DNA from: a virus
Strand: one strand, 5' to 3'
Length of the DNA stretch: 64,000 nt
IMG/VR virus record: IMGVR_UViG_3300049259_000177
Location: 1 to 64,000 of that record
Positions 52,631-62,460 of the stretch are shown here, piece after piece. A program made the translations under genes and the position numbers. The stretch's first letter is position 1, and the number at the start of each line of letters is the position of its first letter. The notes under the pieces were generated by a model. The model saw nothing but the letters and a program-made list of their open reading frames with translations. It made no database searches and had not been told where the DNA came from.

Positions 52631-55600
52631 GGGCCGAAGACCCCGATGTCCGCCATCGCTCGCAGCCGCCGGTTGATCGAGTCGCTCGCGGGCTCGGCGA
52701 CCGGATTGTTGGTGACGATCGCCCCTTCCTCGAAGACCACGCCACGATCCTGCACGACTATCGGCCTCGGTTGTGTCTCACCACGCGCCGCACCGACGAG
52801 CGTGTCCAGTGAACTCGGTGCGGCCACCGCGAGTACATCGCCACCGAGTCCGTTGAGCCGGTCGATGAGGTCATCGCCGAGGAACGCGCGGGCTTTCTCT
52901 GTGAGGACGGCTTCTCCACCGAGTGCACGGATGACCCGCTCACCCCTACCCGGGATGACACCGCCGGTGTGGTAACCGACGTAGGAGCCGCCGGACATCA
53001 TCGCGGCGATGCCGGCGATGCCGGGGATGGCGCCGATGCCGCCGTAGCGGCTGACGCCATAGTTGAGACCGGCGAAGACGTTGGCGTACGGGTCGGTCGA
53101 CACGCCGTAGGAGAACGGGCCGGTGCGCGCGTACTTGCCTGCGTACTTCGCGAACGTCGAGTCGATGACCTGCGCGAGCCCGACGGAGGGGTGCCCGGCC
53201 TGCCAGTTCGAGTCCCACTTGTTGACACTCTCCGGGTCGCCGGAGGACTCGCCGCTGATGAGCCGCAGCACGTACGGCGTCCACTTCGTCGACTGGCCGA
53301 GTTCGGTAAGTACCGAGTCGACCAACGACGACCAGCGCGTGACGTCGCCGGTGAGGCCTGACGTCGAAGGCGAGGGACCGGTCGGGTCGCCGGTGCCCTT
53401 GGCGGCAGCGTCTTTCTTGCCGAGCAGGTCGAGCACGCCGTCGATGAGTTGGTTCATCATGCCGCCGAGGGCCCCGGTGTATACCGGCGGCGCGTGCAAG
53501 TTCGCGTTGATGAGGTGCCGGACGGGGACGAATGCCGCCGTCAGCGCTTTCCTGAGCCCCCCAACGGCCAGGTTCTTCAAGGCGCCGACCGCGTCGCCGA
53601 ACACGTCCTTGACGGCGCCGGTGACGCCGGTGACGCCGTGCCACACCGAGCCAGCGGCGCCCTTGATGTCGTGCCAGATGCCACCGATGCCGAACGCCGG
53701 GGAACCGTCCGCCCCGACCGTCGGGCCCGGCGCGGGCGCGGCGGCGACGCGGGCGGAGAAGGTGGAGTTGATCGCGTGGATGGCGGGCGCTCCACCGAGC
53801 CCGCGCACCGCTTCCGGCACGAGGATGCCCTCGCCGGGAGACACAAGTGCGCGGACGGTGTCGCGGCCGGGTGCGTAGCCGGGGATGACGCCGCCGTGCG
53901 CGAACTTGCCCTCGGGTAAGGGCGGCAGGTTGACGAGGTCGGCGACCTTGTTCCAGGCCCAGCGGATGCCGTTGTTGTAGACGGTGTTGACGACGAACCG
54001 GACCGGCGCCTCGGCGACAGACTTGAGTCGCCCCCAAATCTGGCCGATCGCGCTGACCGTCGTACGGAAGGCGCCCTTGATGTCATTGAGCACATTGGAG
54101 ATCGCCGTCTTCGCCGCCCCGAACATGCTGTCGGCGGCGTTCTTGAGGCCGGTCCAGAACGTCGACCAGCCGGACGACAGTGTGTTCCAGGCGCCCGTGA
54201 ACAGGCCCTTGATCCCGCCCCATATCGTGTCGATCACCGTCTTCACGGCGCCCCACAGGTCGCGCGCGACGGTCTTGAGGCCGGTCCAGAACGCCTGCCA
54301 CCCGGCGGAGATGACCTTCCACTCGGTCAGGTACAGCGCCTTGATCCCGTCCCACACTGCCGCGATGGCGTCCCGCACGCCATGCCAGATCGCGAGACCG
54401 ACGGTCTTGAGGCCGGTCCAGAACGCCTGCCACCCGGCGGAGATGACCTTGAAGGCGTCGGCGAAGACGGCCTTCGTCTGCTCCCAGTGCTTCGCGATGA
54501 ACACGAACGCAAGACCGAGCGGGCCGGTGAGGATCGCGAACAGGTACGGCCAGTTGTCCTTGACCCAGTTCCAGACGAATTCCGCTGCTTCCTTCACTGC
54601 GTCGAAGGCACCGGTCACGATCTTGCGGAAGGTGTCGCTGCGCTGCCACAGCACGACAAAGGCGGCTCCGAGCGCGACGACGAGCCCGATGATGAGGACG
54701 ATCGGGTTCGCGTCCATCGCCGCATTCAGGAGCCATTGCGCGGCGGCTACGGCCTTCGCGGCGGCAGCCTGGGCGAGTTCGGCGGCGGTAGCAGCGATCG
54801 TGCGTGCGCGGACGATGAGGAACTGCGCAGCCGTCTTCGCCAACGCACCGGCGGACAGGGCCATGTTCTTGAGGAACGTCCCGGTCCGCTTGCCCGCGTT
54901 GAGCAGCGCGTCGCCCGCCAACTTCGCTCCGCGCGCGAGTTTGCCGCCGAGCGTCGACGCCGCATTGCTGCCGGAGGTTTCGACGTCATCGAGGGCCTTT
55001 TTCTTCGCCTGGTCCTTCGGCAGTTCCTTGTCGATCTCTTTGGTGGACAAGCCGAGCGCGCCACGGAACTTGTCCCACAACTTCGACGCGCCCGGCACCT
55101 TCGACATGATGCCGCCGAGTTTCGAACCGAGTTTGCCGATGGCGCCGACGGTCAGCCCGATGCCGGTCGCTGCACCACCGATGGCGAGCAGGCCGAGCAC
55201 GAACTGATGAATGCCGGGCACCTTCACGATCGCGTTGACCGCGCGCAGGATCAGGTCGAGGGAACGGGCGGCGGCGGTCAGCGCACCCGACCCGCCGCCG
55301 AGGTCGCCGAACAACTGGGCGACGGTCGTGAGCAGTTGCACGAAGGCCGGGCCGAACGAGGTGCTCATCGACTGCAACGCGGTGACGAGCGCGGGCACGA
55401 ACTTGGTCGTCACTTGGTCGATCAACGTCGCGGTCGACTTGTCGGCGCCGATCTTGCCGATACCAGCGACAAGGCCGTCGAACAACCGGCCGAGCGCCTT
55501 CACGCCGGGGACCGCGTTATCGAAGTAGGTCTTGAGGGCGTTGCCCCCAGTCGTGCCGGGCTCGGTGATCGCCTTGAGTTTCTCGACGGACTTGTCGAGC

Positions 55601-57687
55601 GCGGTGAACAACTGGCGTCCTGCGGGTGCCGCCGCCTGGCCGATGTTGTGCAGTGCACCGAACAGGTCCTTGAACAGATCCCACAGCATCGAGCCCGCGT
55701 CATACGCGCGCTGGAAGAACCCGGTCAGTCCGGCGCCGGGGCCTTGCATCTCGCGCTGCACGTGCACGAGGTCGGAGAGGTTCTGTGCGCCGATTGCGAT
55801 GTTCTTCGCGAACTTCTCGACGAACGGGCCTGCGGCGACGGTCAGGTCGCGGATGATCCGCAGGATCGGGTCGAGCGCGCCACCGAGGCTTTGCAGCACG
55901 CGCACGTTCGAGTCGGTGATGGTTGCGAAGTCGCGCCGCCACGGACCAGAGGAGACCATCGTGAGCGCGCGATCGGCGACGCCGCCCATTACGCCACCGG
56001 TCTTCGATAGCAACGCGTCGAAGTTCGGCAGCAGGCGCATCGCAGCGGTGAGGCCGTCCTGCAACGGCGGCAGAAACGCCTCCTGCGCACTTGAGCGCAG
56101 GCTCTTGAGTTTCGGTTCGAGGGTGTTGGTGAGGAACTTCGCGAACGACTGACCGGCGGGGCCGAGGCCCTTGAGCGCCGCCGTCGCGGCGGCGGCGGTC
56201 GTCGACTGCTTCGCCTCGGCATCGGTCTGCGCCTTCACCGCCTGCGTCAGCGCATCCTGGGCTTCCTGGATGCGCTGGGCTGCGTCTCGGTTGGCGATCG
56301 CCTGCTCGCGCTGCGCGTCGGCGACGGCACGCTCGGCGTTGGCGATGTTCTCGGATCGTTGCAGCCGCTCGCGTTCGAGTTGACGTTCCTGATCGGCGAC
56401 GGAGCGGTTCGCGTCCTGCACCTTGCGCTTTGCGTCGACGACGTTCTTCGCGCCGTTGACGCCCGCCTTCTCGGCATCAGCCGCCTCTTTCTTCAAGGCG
56501 GCGTTCTGCTCTTGGGCTTCCTTGTAGCGCTGGACCGCCTCGTCGTACTGCAACTGCGCCTCTTTGCGGTCCAGGTCGGTCGATGTCGCTGACCGGTTGA
56601 CCGCGTCGAGGTTCTGCTGCGCCTGTTCCAGTGCCAACTCGGCGGAACGTTCGCTCAGGGCCGCGTCGGCGAGTTTGTCGGCGTACGCCTCAAGGTCGGC
56701 CTTCGCCTGCACCCGGGCCGCGTTGAGGTCCTCCTGTGCGTAGGTCGCGCTGCGTTGCGCGTCAGCCAGGGACCGCTCCGCGTCGGCGACCTGCTGGTTA
56801 CCGGTACGGATCGCGTCGTCGCGGCTCTGCTCGGCTTGCTGAACCCGCTCCGCACCGGTGATCGTCGCCTGGTCGGCCTGCTCATGGGCGTCCCGCAGGG
56901 CTCGCTGCGCGGCGACGATGCGCTGCGCGGCTGCCTCCTGCGCGGCGGCGCTCGACGTCGCCGTACTGCCCGACTTGGCCTGCTCGGCGTTCATTGCCTT
57001 GACGGCCTTGCCGATGCCGAGGAACGACGCGACGACCGGCGCGAGACCCTGCACGATCGCGCCGCCGATCGCGGGCAGGGTGGCGAGCAGGTTCACCGCC
57101 GGTGCGGCGGCGGACACGAGCGAGATCAGCCCGGCGCCGAGTTGCGCGACGGCCGCGACGGCGACCTCGATCCCGGCGGCGATCGCCGGGAACTTCATCA
57201 GCGACAGGATCGCGGACGAGCCGGAGAGCAGTGCCGAGTAGTCGAAGTCGACGCTGATCTTCGAGCGGCGGTTGCGTGCCGCCCGGTCGATCTCCGCGTC
57301 GGCCTTCTCGGCGTCCGCGTCGACCTCAAGGGTCATCTTGCGGTCGCGTGCGATCCGGTCGATCTCGGCTTCGGCGGCGCTCGTGTCCGCGTCGACGTCG
57401 ACTGTGATGGTGCCCGCGCTGCGCTGCGCTTGCAGGACAGCGGCTTTGAGGTCGGCGACGAGGCGACCCTTGTCGATCGTGACCGGGATCGAGAGCGACG
57501 CGCGGGTCTCCTTGGCGGCCCGGTTGAGGTCGGCTTGCAGTCGCCGTGCGTCGATCTCCGCCTGCACTCGCGCGCGTACGCCGCGCACCTCGGCGTCGAT
57601 CTTGCGTTGCAGGTCCCGGCCGAACCCGGTCGTGTCGCTGCCGACCTCGACGTAGAGCCCGCCAGCGCGGACGTCCTGCTCGGTCAT
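52627..57687 (-). CDS. tape measure protein with C-terminal lytic transglycosylase
   Basis: 1686 aa Ala-rich coiled coil, Trp-periodic repeats, ESSGDP..VN.WDSN..AGHPSVGL.Q.I..TF. Confidence 0.95.
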   Translation of the reverse strand: MTEQDVRAGGLYVEVGSDTTGFGRDLQRKIDAEVRGVRARVQAEIDARRLQADLNRAAKETRASLSIPVTIDKGRLVADLKAAVLQAQRSAGTITVDVDADTSAAEAEIDRIARDRKMTLEVDADAEKADAEIDRAARNRRSKISVDFDYSALLSGSSAILSLMKFPAIAAGIEVAVAAVAQLGAGLISLVSAAAPAVNLLATLPAIGGAIVQGLAPVVASFLGIGKAVKAMNAEQAKSGSTATSSAAAQEAAAQRIVAAQRALRDAHEQADQATITGAERVQQAEQSRDDAIRTGNQQVADAERSLADAQRSATYAQEDLNAARVQAKADLEAYADKLADAALSERSAELALEQAQQNLDAVNRSATSTDLDRKEAQLQYDEAVQRYKEAQEQNAALKKEAADAEKAGVNGAKNVVDAKRKVQDANRSVADQERQLERERLQRSENIANAERAVADAQREQAIANRDAAQRIQEAQDALTQAVKAQTDAEAKQSTTAAAATAALKGLGPAGQSFAKFLTNTLEPKLKSLRSSAQEAFLPPLQDGLTAAMRLLPNFDALLSKTGGVMGGVADRALTMVSSGPWRRDFATITDSNVRVLQSLGGALDPILRIIRDLTVAAGPFVEKFAKNIAIGAQNLSDLVHVQREMQGPGAGLTGFFQRAYDAGSMLWDLFKDLFGALHNIGQAAAPAGRQLFTALDKSVEKLKAITEPGTTGGNALKTYFDNAVPGVKALGRLFDGLVAGIGKIGADKSTATLIDQVTTKFVPALVTALQSMSTSFGPAFVQLLTTVAQLFGDLGGGSGALTAAARSLDLILRAVNAIVKVPGIHQFVLGLLAIGGAATGIGLTVGAIGKLGSKLGGIMSKVPGASKLWDKFRGALGLSTKEIDKELPKDQAKKKALDDVETSGSNAASTLGGKLARGAKLAGDALLNAGKRTGTFLKNMALSAGALAKTAAQFLIVRARTIAATAAELAQAAAAKAVAAAQWLLNAAMDANPIVLIIGLVVALGAAFVVLWQRSDTFRKIVTGAFDAVKEAAEFVWNWVKDNWPYLFAILTGPLGLAFVFIAKHWEQTKAVFADAFKVISAGWQAFWTGLKTVGLAIWHGVRDAIAAVWDGIKALYLTEWKVISAGWQAFWTGLKTVARDLWGAVKTVIDTIWGGIKGLFTGAWNTLSSGWSTFWTGLKNAADSMFGAAKTAISNVLNDIKGAFRTTVSAIGQIWGRLKSVAEAPVRFVVNTVYNNGIRWAWNKVADLVNLPPLPEGKFAHGGVIPGYAPGRDTVRALVSPGEGILVPEAVRGLGGAPAIHAINSTFSARVAAAPAPGPTVGADGSPAFGIGGIWHDIKGAAGSVWHGVTGVTGAVKDVFGDAVGALKNLAVGGLRKALTAAFVPVRHLINANLHAPPVYTGALGGMMNQLIDGVLDLLGKKDAAAKGTGDPTGPSPSTSGLTGDVTRWSSLVDSVLTELGQSTKWTPYVLRLISGESSGDPESVNKWDSNWQAGHPSVGLAQVIDSTFAKYAGKYARTGPFSYGVSTDPYANVFAGLNYGVSRYGGIGAIPGIAGIAAMMSGGSYVGYHTGGVIPGRGERVIRALGGEAVLTEKARAFLGDDLIDRLNGLGGDVLAVAAPSSLDTLVGAARGETQPRPIVVQDRGVVFEEGAIVTNNPVAEPASDSINRRLRAMADIGVFGP

Positions 57688-58543
57688 GCCACCACCCGCA
57701 CCGAGCGCTGGGTGGCCTTGAGGACGCTCACGACCCGCTTCACGCCACTACTGCCGTCACCGGTGAGGTGTGCGGGGCGCGGCACCTTGCGAGGCTTCTT
57801 ACGCCGCATATCCGCCGCCAGCACCGACACCTCCTCGATCAGTTGCGCCAGCAGTTCCGTGTTCAGCGTCCAGCGGTCGAGGCTGCGGTCTTCGGGCTTG
57901 GTGCGGACCAAGGCATCCGCAGGCAGCCCTCGGACGTAGACGATCAGCCGTCGGACGCCGATGAAGCCTTCCTGGTCCGGGTCTTTCCAGACGCCCCGGA
58001 GGTCGACCCCGGGGTAGTGGTGAGCGAAGTCTGCTTCGAGGTCCCCTCCCCGCTCGTCGACGAGTCGGAGGACTGCAAGGCTTCCCCCAGGCCCACCCCG
58101 TACTGGCGGAACACGCCCTTCGCGAATTCGGCAACGTCTTCTCGCGTCGGTCGCGCGGCGACGAACTTGTTGTAGCCCTCCGGGTACTCCTCGGAGTTGA
58201 GCAGCCGACGGCCCGACTCGACGATGGCGTCGATCAACTCCGACGGCAGCGTCGGGCGAGCCACGAGCAGGTCGATGAGCAGCGACGTCGCGGCCATCGC
58301 CTGGTCGCGGTCGCTGGCCTGCTGCATGTCCACGGCCTTACGGATGAGCAGTGCGATGTCGAGATCGAGCAACTTGACGGGCTCGAACACGTCGAGCGGC
58401 AACTCGACCGGCAGCGCCGCGATGGTCTCGCCGCCGAGGCGGATCGGAGTCGGCGCGCCTTTCGCTTCGCGGCGTGTGGCGCGGGCGCGGTCGAGGTCGA
58501 TGACGTTCTCGTCGAACGGCGCCGGAGCGTTTGGTGCGGTCAT
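57684..58543 (-). CDS. tail assembly chaperone, -1 frameshifted long form (G-T)
   Basis: GGGGGAA at 58088-58082; -1 frame reads DLEADFAHHYPGVDL...RRLIVYVRGLP to stop at 57684. Confidence 0.85.
57944..58543 (-). CDS. tail assembly chaperone, short form (G)
   Basis: between major tail and tape measure genes; AAAGGA RBS. Confidence 0.85.
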   Translation of the reverse strand: MTAPNAPAPFDENVIDLDRARATRREAKGAPTPIRLGGETIAALPVELPLDVFEPVKLLDLDIALLIRKAVDMQQASDRDQAMAATSLLIDLLVARPTLPSELIDAIVESGRRLLNSEEYPEGYNKFVAARPTREDVAEFAKGVFRQYGVGLGEALQSSDSSTSGEGTSKQTSLTTTPGSTSGASGKTRTRKASSASDG

Positions 58544-58579
58544 CTTGTGGCGTCCTTTCGTCTACCGGGGTCAGCACGG

Positions 58580-58670
58580 AGATTACGGATGGACGGGGGT
58601 AGCGTCGCGTCGAGCGCGCTCCAAGTAGGGGCGTGATCCTGCCGCAAAGGTCTGACGCTCGTCGCGTCGA
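58580..58670 (-). promoter_or_regulatory. tandem class-C promoters
   Basis: TCGACGCGACGCTA-N14-TAATCT and TCGACGCGACGAGC-N15-CAGGAT. Confidence 0.7.
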
Positions 58671-58685
58671 GCCCGTCGGGGGCGA

Positions 58686-58960
58686 CGGCTGCGGACCCCA
58701 GCCGCGCTGCACAGCCGCCGCCACCCAGTGGATGCGCCCCGAGGCCGCCACAGCCGGGGACGCTGCTCGACCGTAAGGGGCCGCACGACACAACGTCGTG
58801 CTGGGCGCGCTGACCTCTAGTTCGAGGCGGCGGCGCCATAGCCCCGCACCCGGGACTTGCCGGTGAACGGATGACACGCTGTTGGCCCGCCAGAGCGGTC
58901 GATCAACCGCTCTAGACGGGCCAGCAGGTCAGCGCGTTGCGCCTCAGTCAGATTGCATCC
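58686..58960 (-). ncRNA. large multi-stem RNA downstream of the major tail gene (candidate)
   Basis: 11-bp long-range helix 58806-58816/58926-58936, long hairpin 58883-58923 with minus-strand G-U pairs, closing GGATGC/GCATCC. Confidence 0.55.
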
Positions 58961-59542
58961 TTATGCAGCGAGTGGGTCAAACGCAGGATCGTCCGTTACG
59001 TCATACCACGGGTCACCGACGTCGCTGCCCAAAATTGACAGCCGCAGCGGGAGGGTGGACTCCGCCGTCTTGTGCCACTGCTGGGTGACACCTTCGGACT
59101 GCATGCACTTCGGCACGATCCGGCGGTAGTGCTTGGTGCCGTCGGTGACCTCGATGATCGCGGCGACGTTGGTCCGGCCGCCGATGGCGGGTGGGCTGAA
59201 CTTGTAGTACGGGGCGCCGCCGCCGCTGGGCGTCACCGAGGTGACCGTGCCGCCACCGTAGACGGACTTGAAGTTGTCTCCCGACCACTCCTGCAAGTCG
59301 ACCTGCACCGTCGCGGCGTCGGTCGTCTGGAACCGGCGGGTCGGGTAATTCGACTGATGAGAGTTGACCTCCTGGAAGCCAGGGTTGGTCGCCCATTCCA
59401 GCGAGTCCGGCGTGAACAGACCGACGTCCTTCCATGCCGGATCGAGAGTGGCGACGGGGCCGTCCGGTGCGATGGTGCCGACGGGGGCCAGGTAGACCCG
59501 CGCCATCTGCGCGACTGTGATGCGAGTGGCGTCACCGGCCAC
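58961..59542 (-). CDS. major tail protein
   Basis: VYLAPVGT..P......W.DVG....D pattern; strong AGGAGG; class-C promoter 59585-59618. Confidence 0.9.
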   Translation of the reverse strand: MAGDATRITVAQMARVYLAPVGTIAPDGPVATLDPAWKDVGLFTPDSLEWATNPGFQEVNSHQSNYPTRRFQTTDAATVQVDLQEWSGDNFKSVYGGGTVTSVTPSGGGAPYYKFSPPAIGGRTNVAAIIEVTDGTKHYRRIVPKCMQSEGVTQQWHKTAESTLPLRLSILGSDVGDPWYDVTDDPAFDPLAA

Positions 59543-59587
59543 GGTGTACCTCCTGCGGAGATCGACGACGGGTCATCTGTGGGGAGA

Positions 59588-60142
59588 TTAGGTGGCGGCT
59601 GGCTTAGTGTCGCGTCGAGCGAAAGCACTACGCCGGTCCGCCTTCGGCGCCGTCTCCATCGCGCGAACAGCACTCGCTCCCATCTGCTCGGTCGGCAGCG
59701 GGGGGTGCAGGAACACCTGCACGCTGGACAGGTAACGGGGCTGCCCGTTGGGCAGCGGCACCCATCCGAGCGAGCCGTCCGCGCCGATGTTCGTCACGAC
59801 CGGCTCCCCTGGCATGCTCGGTGTCTCCGGCACCCCGGCGACCTCCTGCAACGCGACGAGCAGCAGGCGGCGCAGCGCGGCGGCGCCAGGACGGCCGTCG
59901 AGGTCGCCAACCGCCTCGACCTGCACGATCGGGGACATGAGCCAGCGCAGACCCCGCAGCGACCCGCCGGGGGGGTCGGAAACGATCAGTCGCGGGTAGG
60001 GGACGACGTTACGCAGCCCGATGTGATCGTCGACGTCGTCGTCGGCTGTGAATCCGAGTTCCGTTTTGACCTTGTCGCTACCGCGCAGTCTCGCGACGAC
60101 CACTGCGACGGGGTCGGCCGCCGCGAGGTCGATGTCGGGCAT
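59588..60142 (-). CDS. tail terminator
   Basis: synteny immediately upstream of major tail; P.GQPRY motif. Confidence 0.75.
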   Translation of the reverse strand: MPDIDLAAADPVAVVVARLRGSDKVKTELGFTADDDVDDHIGLRNVVPYPRLIVSDPPGGSLRGLRWLMSPIVQVEAVGDLDGRPGAAALRRLLLVALQEVAGVPETPSMPGEPVVTNIGADGSLGWVPLPNGQPRYLSSVQVFLHPPLPTEQMGASAVRAMETAPKADRRSAFARRDTKPAAT

Positions 60143-60144
60143 GC

Positions 60145-60471
60145 TCAGGCAGTCGGCTCCGGTACGGGCACGGCGTCACCGGCCATCTCGGAGACGACCT
60201 TCTCGGCCGCTTCCCGGTCGATGCCGAGTGCACCGGCAACAGCGTCCGGGTCCTCCGGGTCGACCTGTGCGTAGCCCGCGTTGATGATCGCGCGCGCCAC
60301 GTGCGGGTACACGTCGATCTCGTCGCCGACCGGATAGTCCTCGTCCCTGGCGTCGAGCCCGAGCCCGGCCTGGTACGTCGGGCCGATCGGGTGCGCCAAC
60401 GTCAGTCGGACCTTGCCCTCCTGGGGCTCGGCAGCCGACCGGCGACGACTTGTTGTCTTCGTAGGTGCCAC
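60145..60471 (-). CDS. small virion-associated protein (GDEIDV...INAGYA domain)
   Basis: AGGAGG RBS; class-C promoter 60504-60538. Confidence 0.75.
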   Translation of the reverse strand: MAPTKTTSRRRSAAEPQEGKVRLTLAHPIGPTYQAGLGLDARDEDYPVGDEIDVYPHVARAIINAGYAQVDPEDPDAVAGALGIDREAAEKVVSEMAGDAVPVPEPTA

Positions 60472-60544
60472 GGGTCCTCCTGATCACAGTGCGGTCGAGG
60501 GGCAGCGTAGGGCGGTCAGGGCACTAGCGTCACGTCGACAGTGC

Positions 60545-61297
60545 TTACGCGGCGGCCGTCCCGGCAAACAGGTCAACGACATCACGGACGTTGACCCCGT
60601 CGAAGACCGAGGAGTGGTCTCTGCCCGCGATGACACGCAGTGCCATGTGCGGGTCGTTGACCGCGTTCACGAATGCCTGCGACTGCGCCAGCGGCACGGT
60701 CGTGTCCGCGTCGCCGTGGTAGATGCGGACCGGCGGCAATCCCCGGTAGTTGGCAGGCTCGCCGATCGGGGCGTGACCGACGATCCCCGCCGCCCAACCA
60801 GCCGATCCGCCGTAGTCGGCCTCGATCTCGGGAGCATACGTCGCCTTGCCCACCGACGTGTCGTGGAAGTAGGCGAGATCGGTCGCGGGTGCGAACACAC
60901 ATGCCGCCTTGACCAGTGTCGGGTTGCGCTTCACCCAGTTCAGCGCCGCCAAGCCGCCCATCGACCAGCCGAGCACGCACACCTTCGGGCTCGCGACGTG
61001 GATCGTGTTGAGCAGGTAGTTGTAGGCGGCCGTCAGATCGGTCATCTCTGCGTCGTCAGCCCACGGCGTCGGCCCGCCAGCGTCGATCGACAGCACCGTG
61101 AATCCCGCGAGCGCCAGCGCCAGCGTGAATCCCCCGGACCCGCTACCCGCCGACTGGAACTGCAACGAGGTGCCGCCGTGGCCGTGGACGGCAATCACGC
61201 CGACGCTGCTCCCGTCCCGCTTGGCGCGTTTCGGTTCGGTCAGCACACTCGACTCGCCCGCGCTGTACGCACCGACCGCGTAGGCCGCGACGGTCAT
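60545..61297 (-). CDS. alpha/beta hydrolase (esterase)
   Basis: VHGHGG, GWSMGG, HGDAD..VP, DH give Ser-Asp-His triad. Confidence 0.9.
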   Translation of the reverse strand: MTVAAYAVGAYSAGESSVLTEPKRAKRDGSSVGVIAVHGHGGTSLQFQSAGSGSGGFTLALALAGFTVLSIDAGGPTPWADDAEMTDLTAAYNYLLNTIHVASPKVCVLGWSMGGLAALNWVKRNPTLVKAACVFAPATDLAYFHDTSVGKATYAPEIEADYGGSAGWAAGIVGHAPIGEPANYRGLPPVRIYHGDADTTVPLAQSQAFVNAVNDPHMALRVIAGRDHSSVFDGVNVRDVVDLFAGTAAA

Positions 61298-62460
61298 CGC
61301 TCGACCGCCTCGATCATGCTCTCGACGCCCGGCACATCCCGACCGTAACAGCCCATCGCCAGACCAACCTTGTTGGTGAGCATCTGCGCTCTGAAGGTGT
61401 AGTTCTGGCCTTGCACCGGCTGGAACCGCCAGGTCAGGAAGAACGAGCCGTAGTATTGCTGGCCCGACGCGATCGCCGATGCGTTGGTCTTGGTGTCACG
61501 GCTGGTGATAGATGCGTCGGCGTTGACCTCGGCCAACACCGCCGAGAATCGGCTGACCGTACCTGCTACGACCGTACCGAGGCTGATCGCCAGCACCACG
61601 CTCAACTGGATCTTGATGGGACGGACCCCACCGACGACACCGATCTGCAACCCGGGGATGTCGTGCGCGTTCCCATCCGCCGCATTCGCCTGCGACAGCG
61701 AAGTAGCAAGGAACGCGTAGGCCAGTTCCCGTCCACCGGTGTTGTTAACCGCAGTCGTGTTCGCCGCGATTGCTGCCGCGTTCGCCTGCTCCGCCGCTGT
61801 TGCCCGTGCGACTTCGGCTGTCAAGTCCGTGATCAGCGCGCGCAGGTTGATGGCGGCGGTGTTGGCAGCCTCCGCCGCCTGTGCCCGGTTCGTCTCGGCG
61901 GTCAGGTCGGTGATCAGCGCGCGCAGGTTGATGGCGGCCTGCATCGCCGCCGCGCCGGACTCGTCGCCGCGCAGTTGGGCGTCGATCTCGGCGAGCGTGT
62001 CAAGCGCGACGTCCAGGGTTCCGCCGGTCAGCGCCGAAAGTTGCGCGTTGACGTACGCCCGGTCGCCGTGCACGTCCGGTGCACTGACGTGCGCGGCGAG
62101 CACGCTGTCCCCGTGAGCCCGGTCGCCGTGTGGGTCGGCAGCGGTCTCGTGCGCGGTGATACGCGGTCCTGCGACCGGGTCGGTCTCCGCCGTGATGCCA
62201 CCGCCCGGGCCACTACCGCCGAGTGTCGCGGGGTCGACGCCTTCGGCGAGCATTGTGTCGGCGTTCCAGGTCAGCACTTCGCGGTCTTGCAGCGTCGCGT
62301 AGTCGGCGAAGATGTTGCGCGGTCCGGTGACCAGCGGCGTGTCCGCGTCGGCGTACTGCGCGTAGCCAGCGTTGACCAGCCGCCGCGCGTCCTCATCGGC
62401 GACGTCGATGACGTCGCCGACATGATGACCCTGCCACGGACTTGAGAACTTGACCCTCAC
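61294..62460 (-). CDS. head/neck fibre-like protein
   Basis: N-terminal GDVIDV...LVNAGYA; H...DPHGDRA repeats; LDTLAEI..L; AE..RA..AE coiled coil; beta C-terminus. Confidence 0.75.
   Translation of the reverse strand: MRVKFSSPWQGHHVGDVIDVADEDARRLVNAGYAQYADADTPLVTGPRNIFADYATLQDREVLTWNADTMLAEGVDPATLGGSGPGGGITAETDPVAGPRITAHETAADPHGDRAHGDSVLAAHVSAPDVHGDRAYVNAQLSALTGGTLDVALDTLAEIDAQLRGDESGAAAMQAAINLRALITDLTAETNRAQAAEAANTAAINLRALITDLTAEVARATAAEQANAAAIAANTTAVNNTGGRELAYAFLATSLSQANAADGNAHDIPGLQIGVVGGVRPIKIQLSVVLAISLGTVVAGTVSRFSAVLAEVNADASITSRDTKTNASAIASGQQYYGSFFLTWRFQPVQGQNYTFRAQMLTNKVGLAMGCYGRDVPGVESMIEAVER

Noticed and set aside
41945-56010. Long plus-strand ORFs (41945-43720, 51242-52975, 54382-56010 and similar)
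   Set aside because: Shadow frames opposite well-supported genes, expected in GC-rich DNA; no RBS or motifs
58560-58960. tmRNA, RNase P or SRP identity for the large RNA
   Set aside because: No tRNA-like ends, no GAGGAAAGUCC and no SRP domain IV motif
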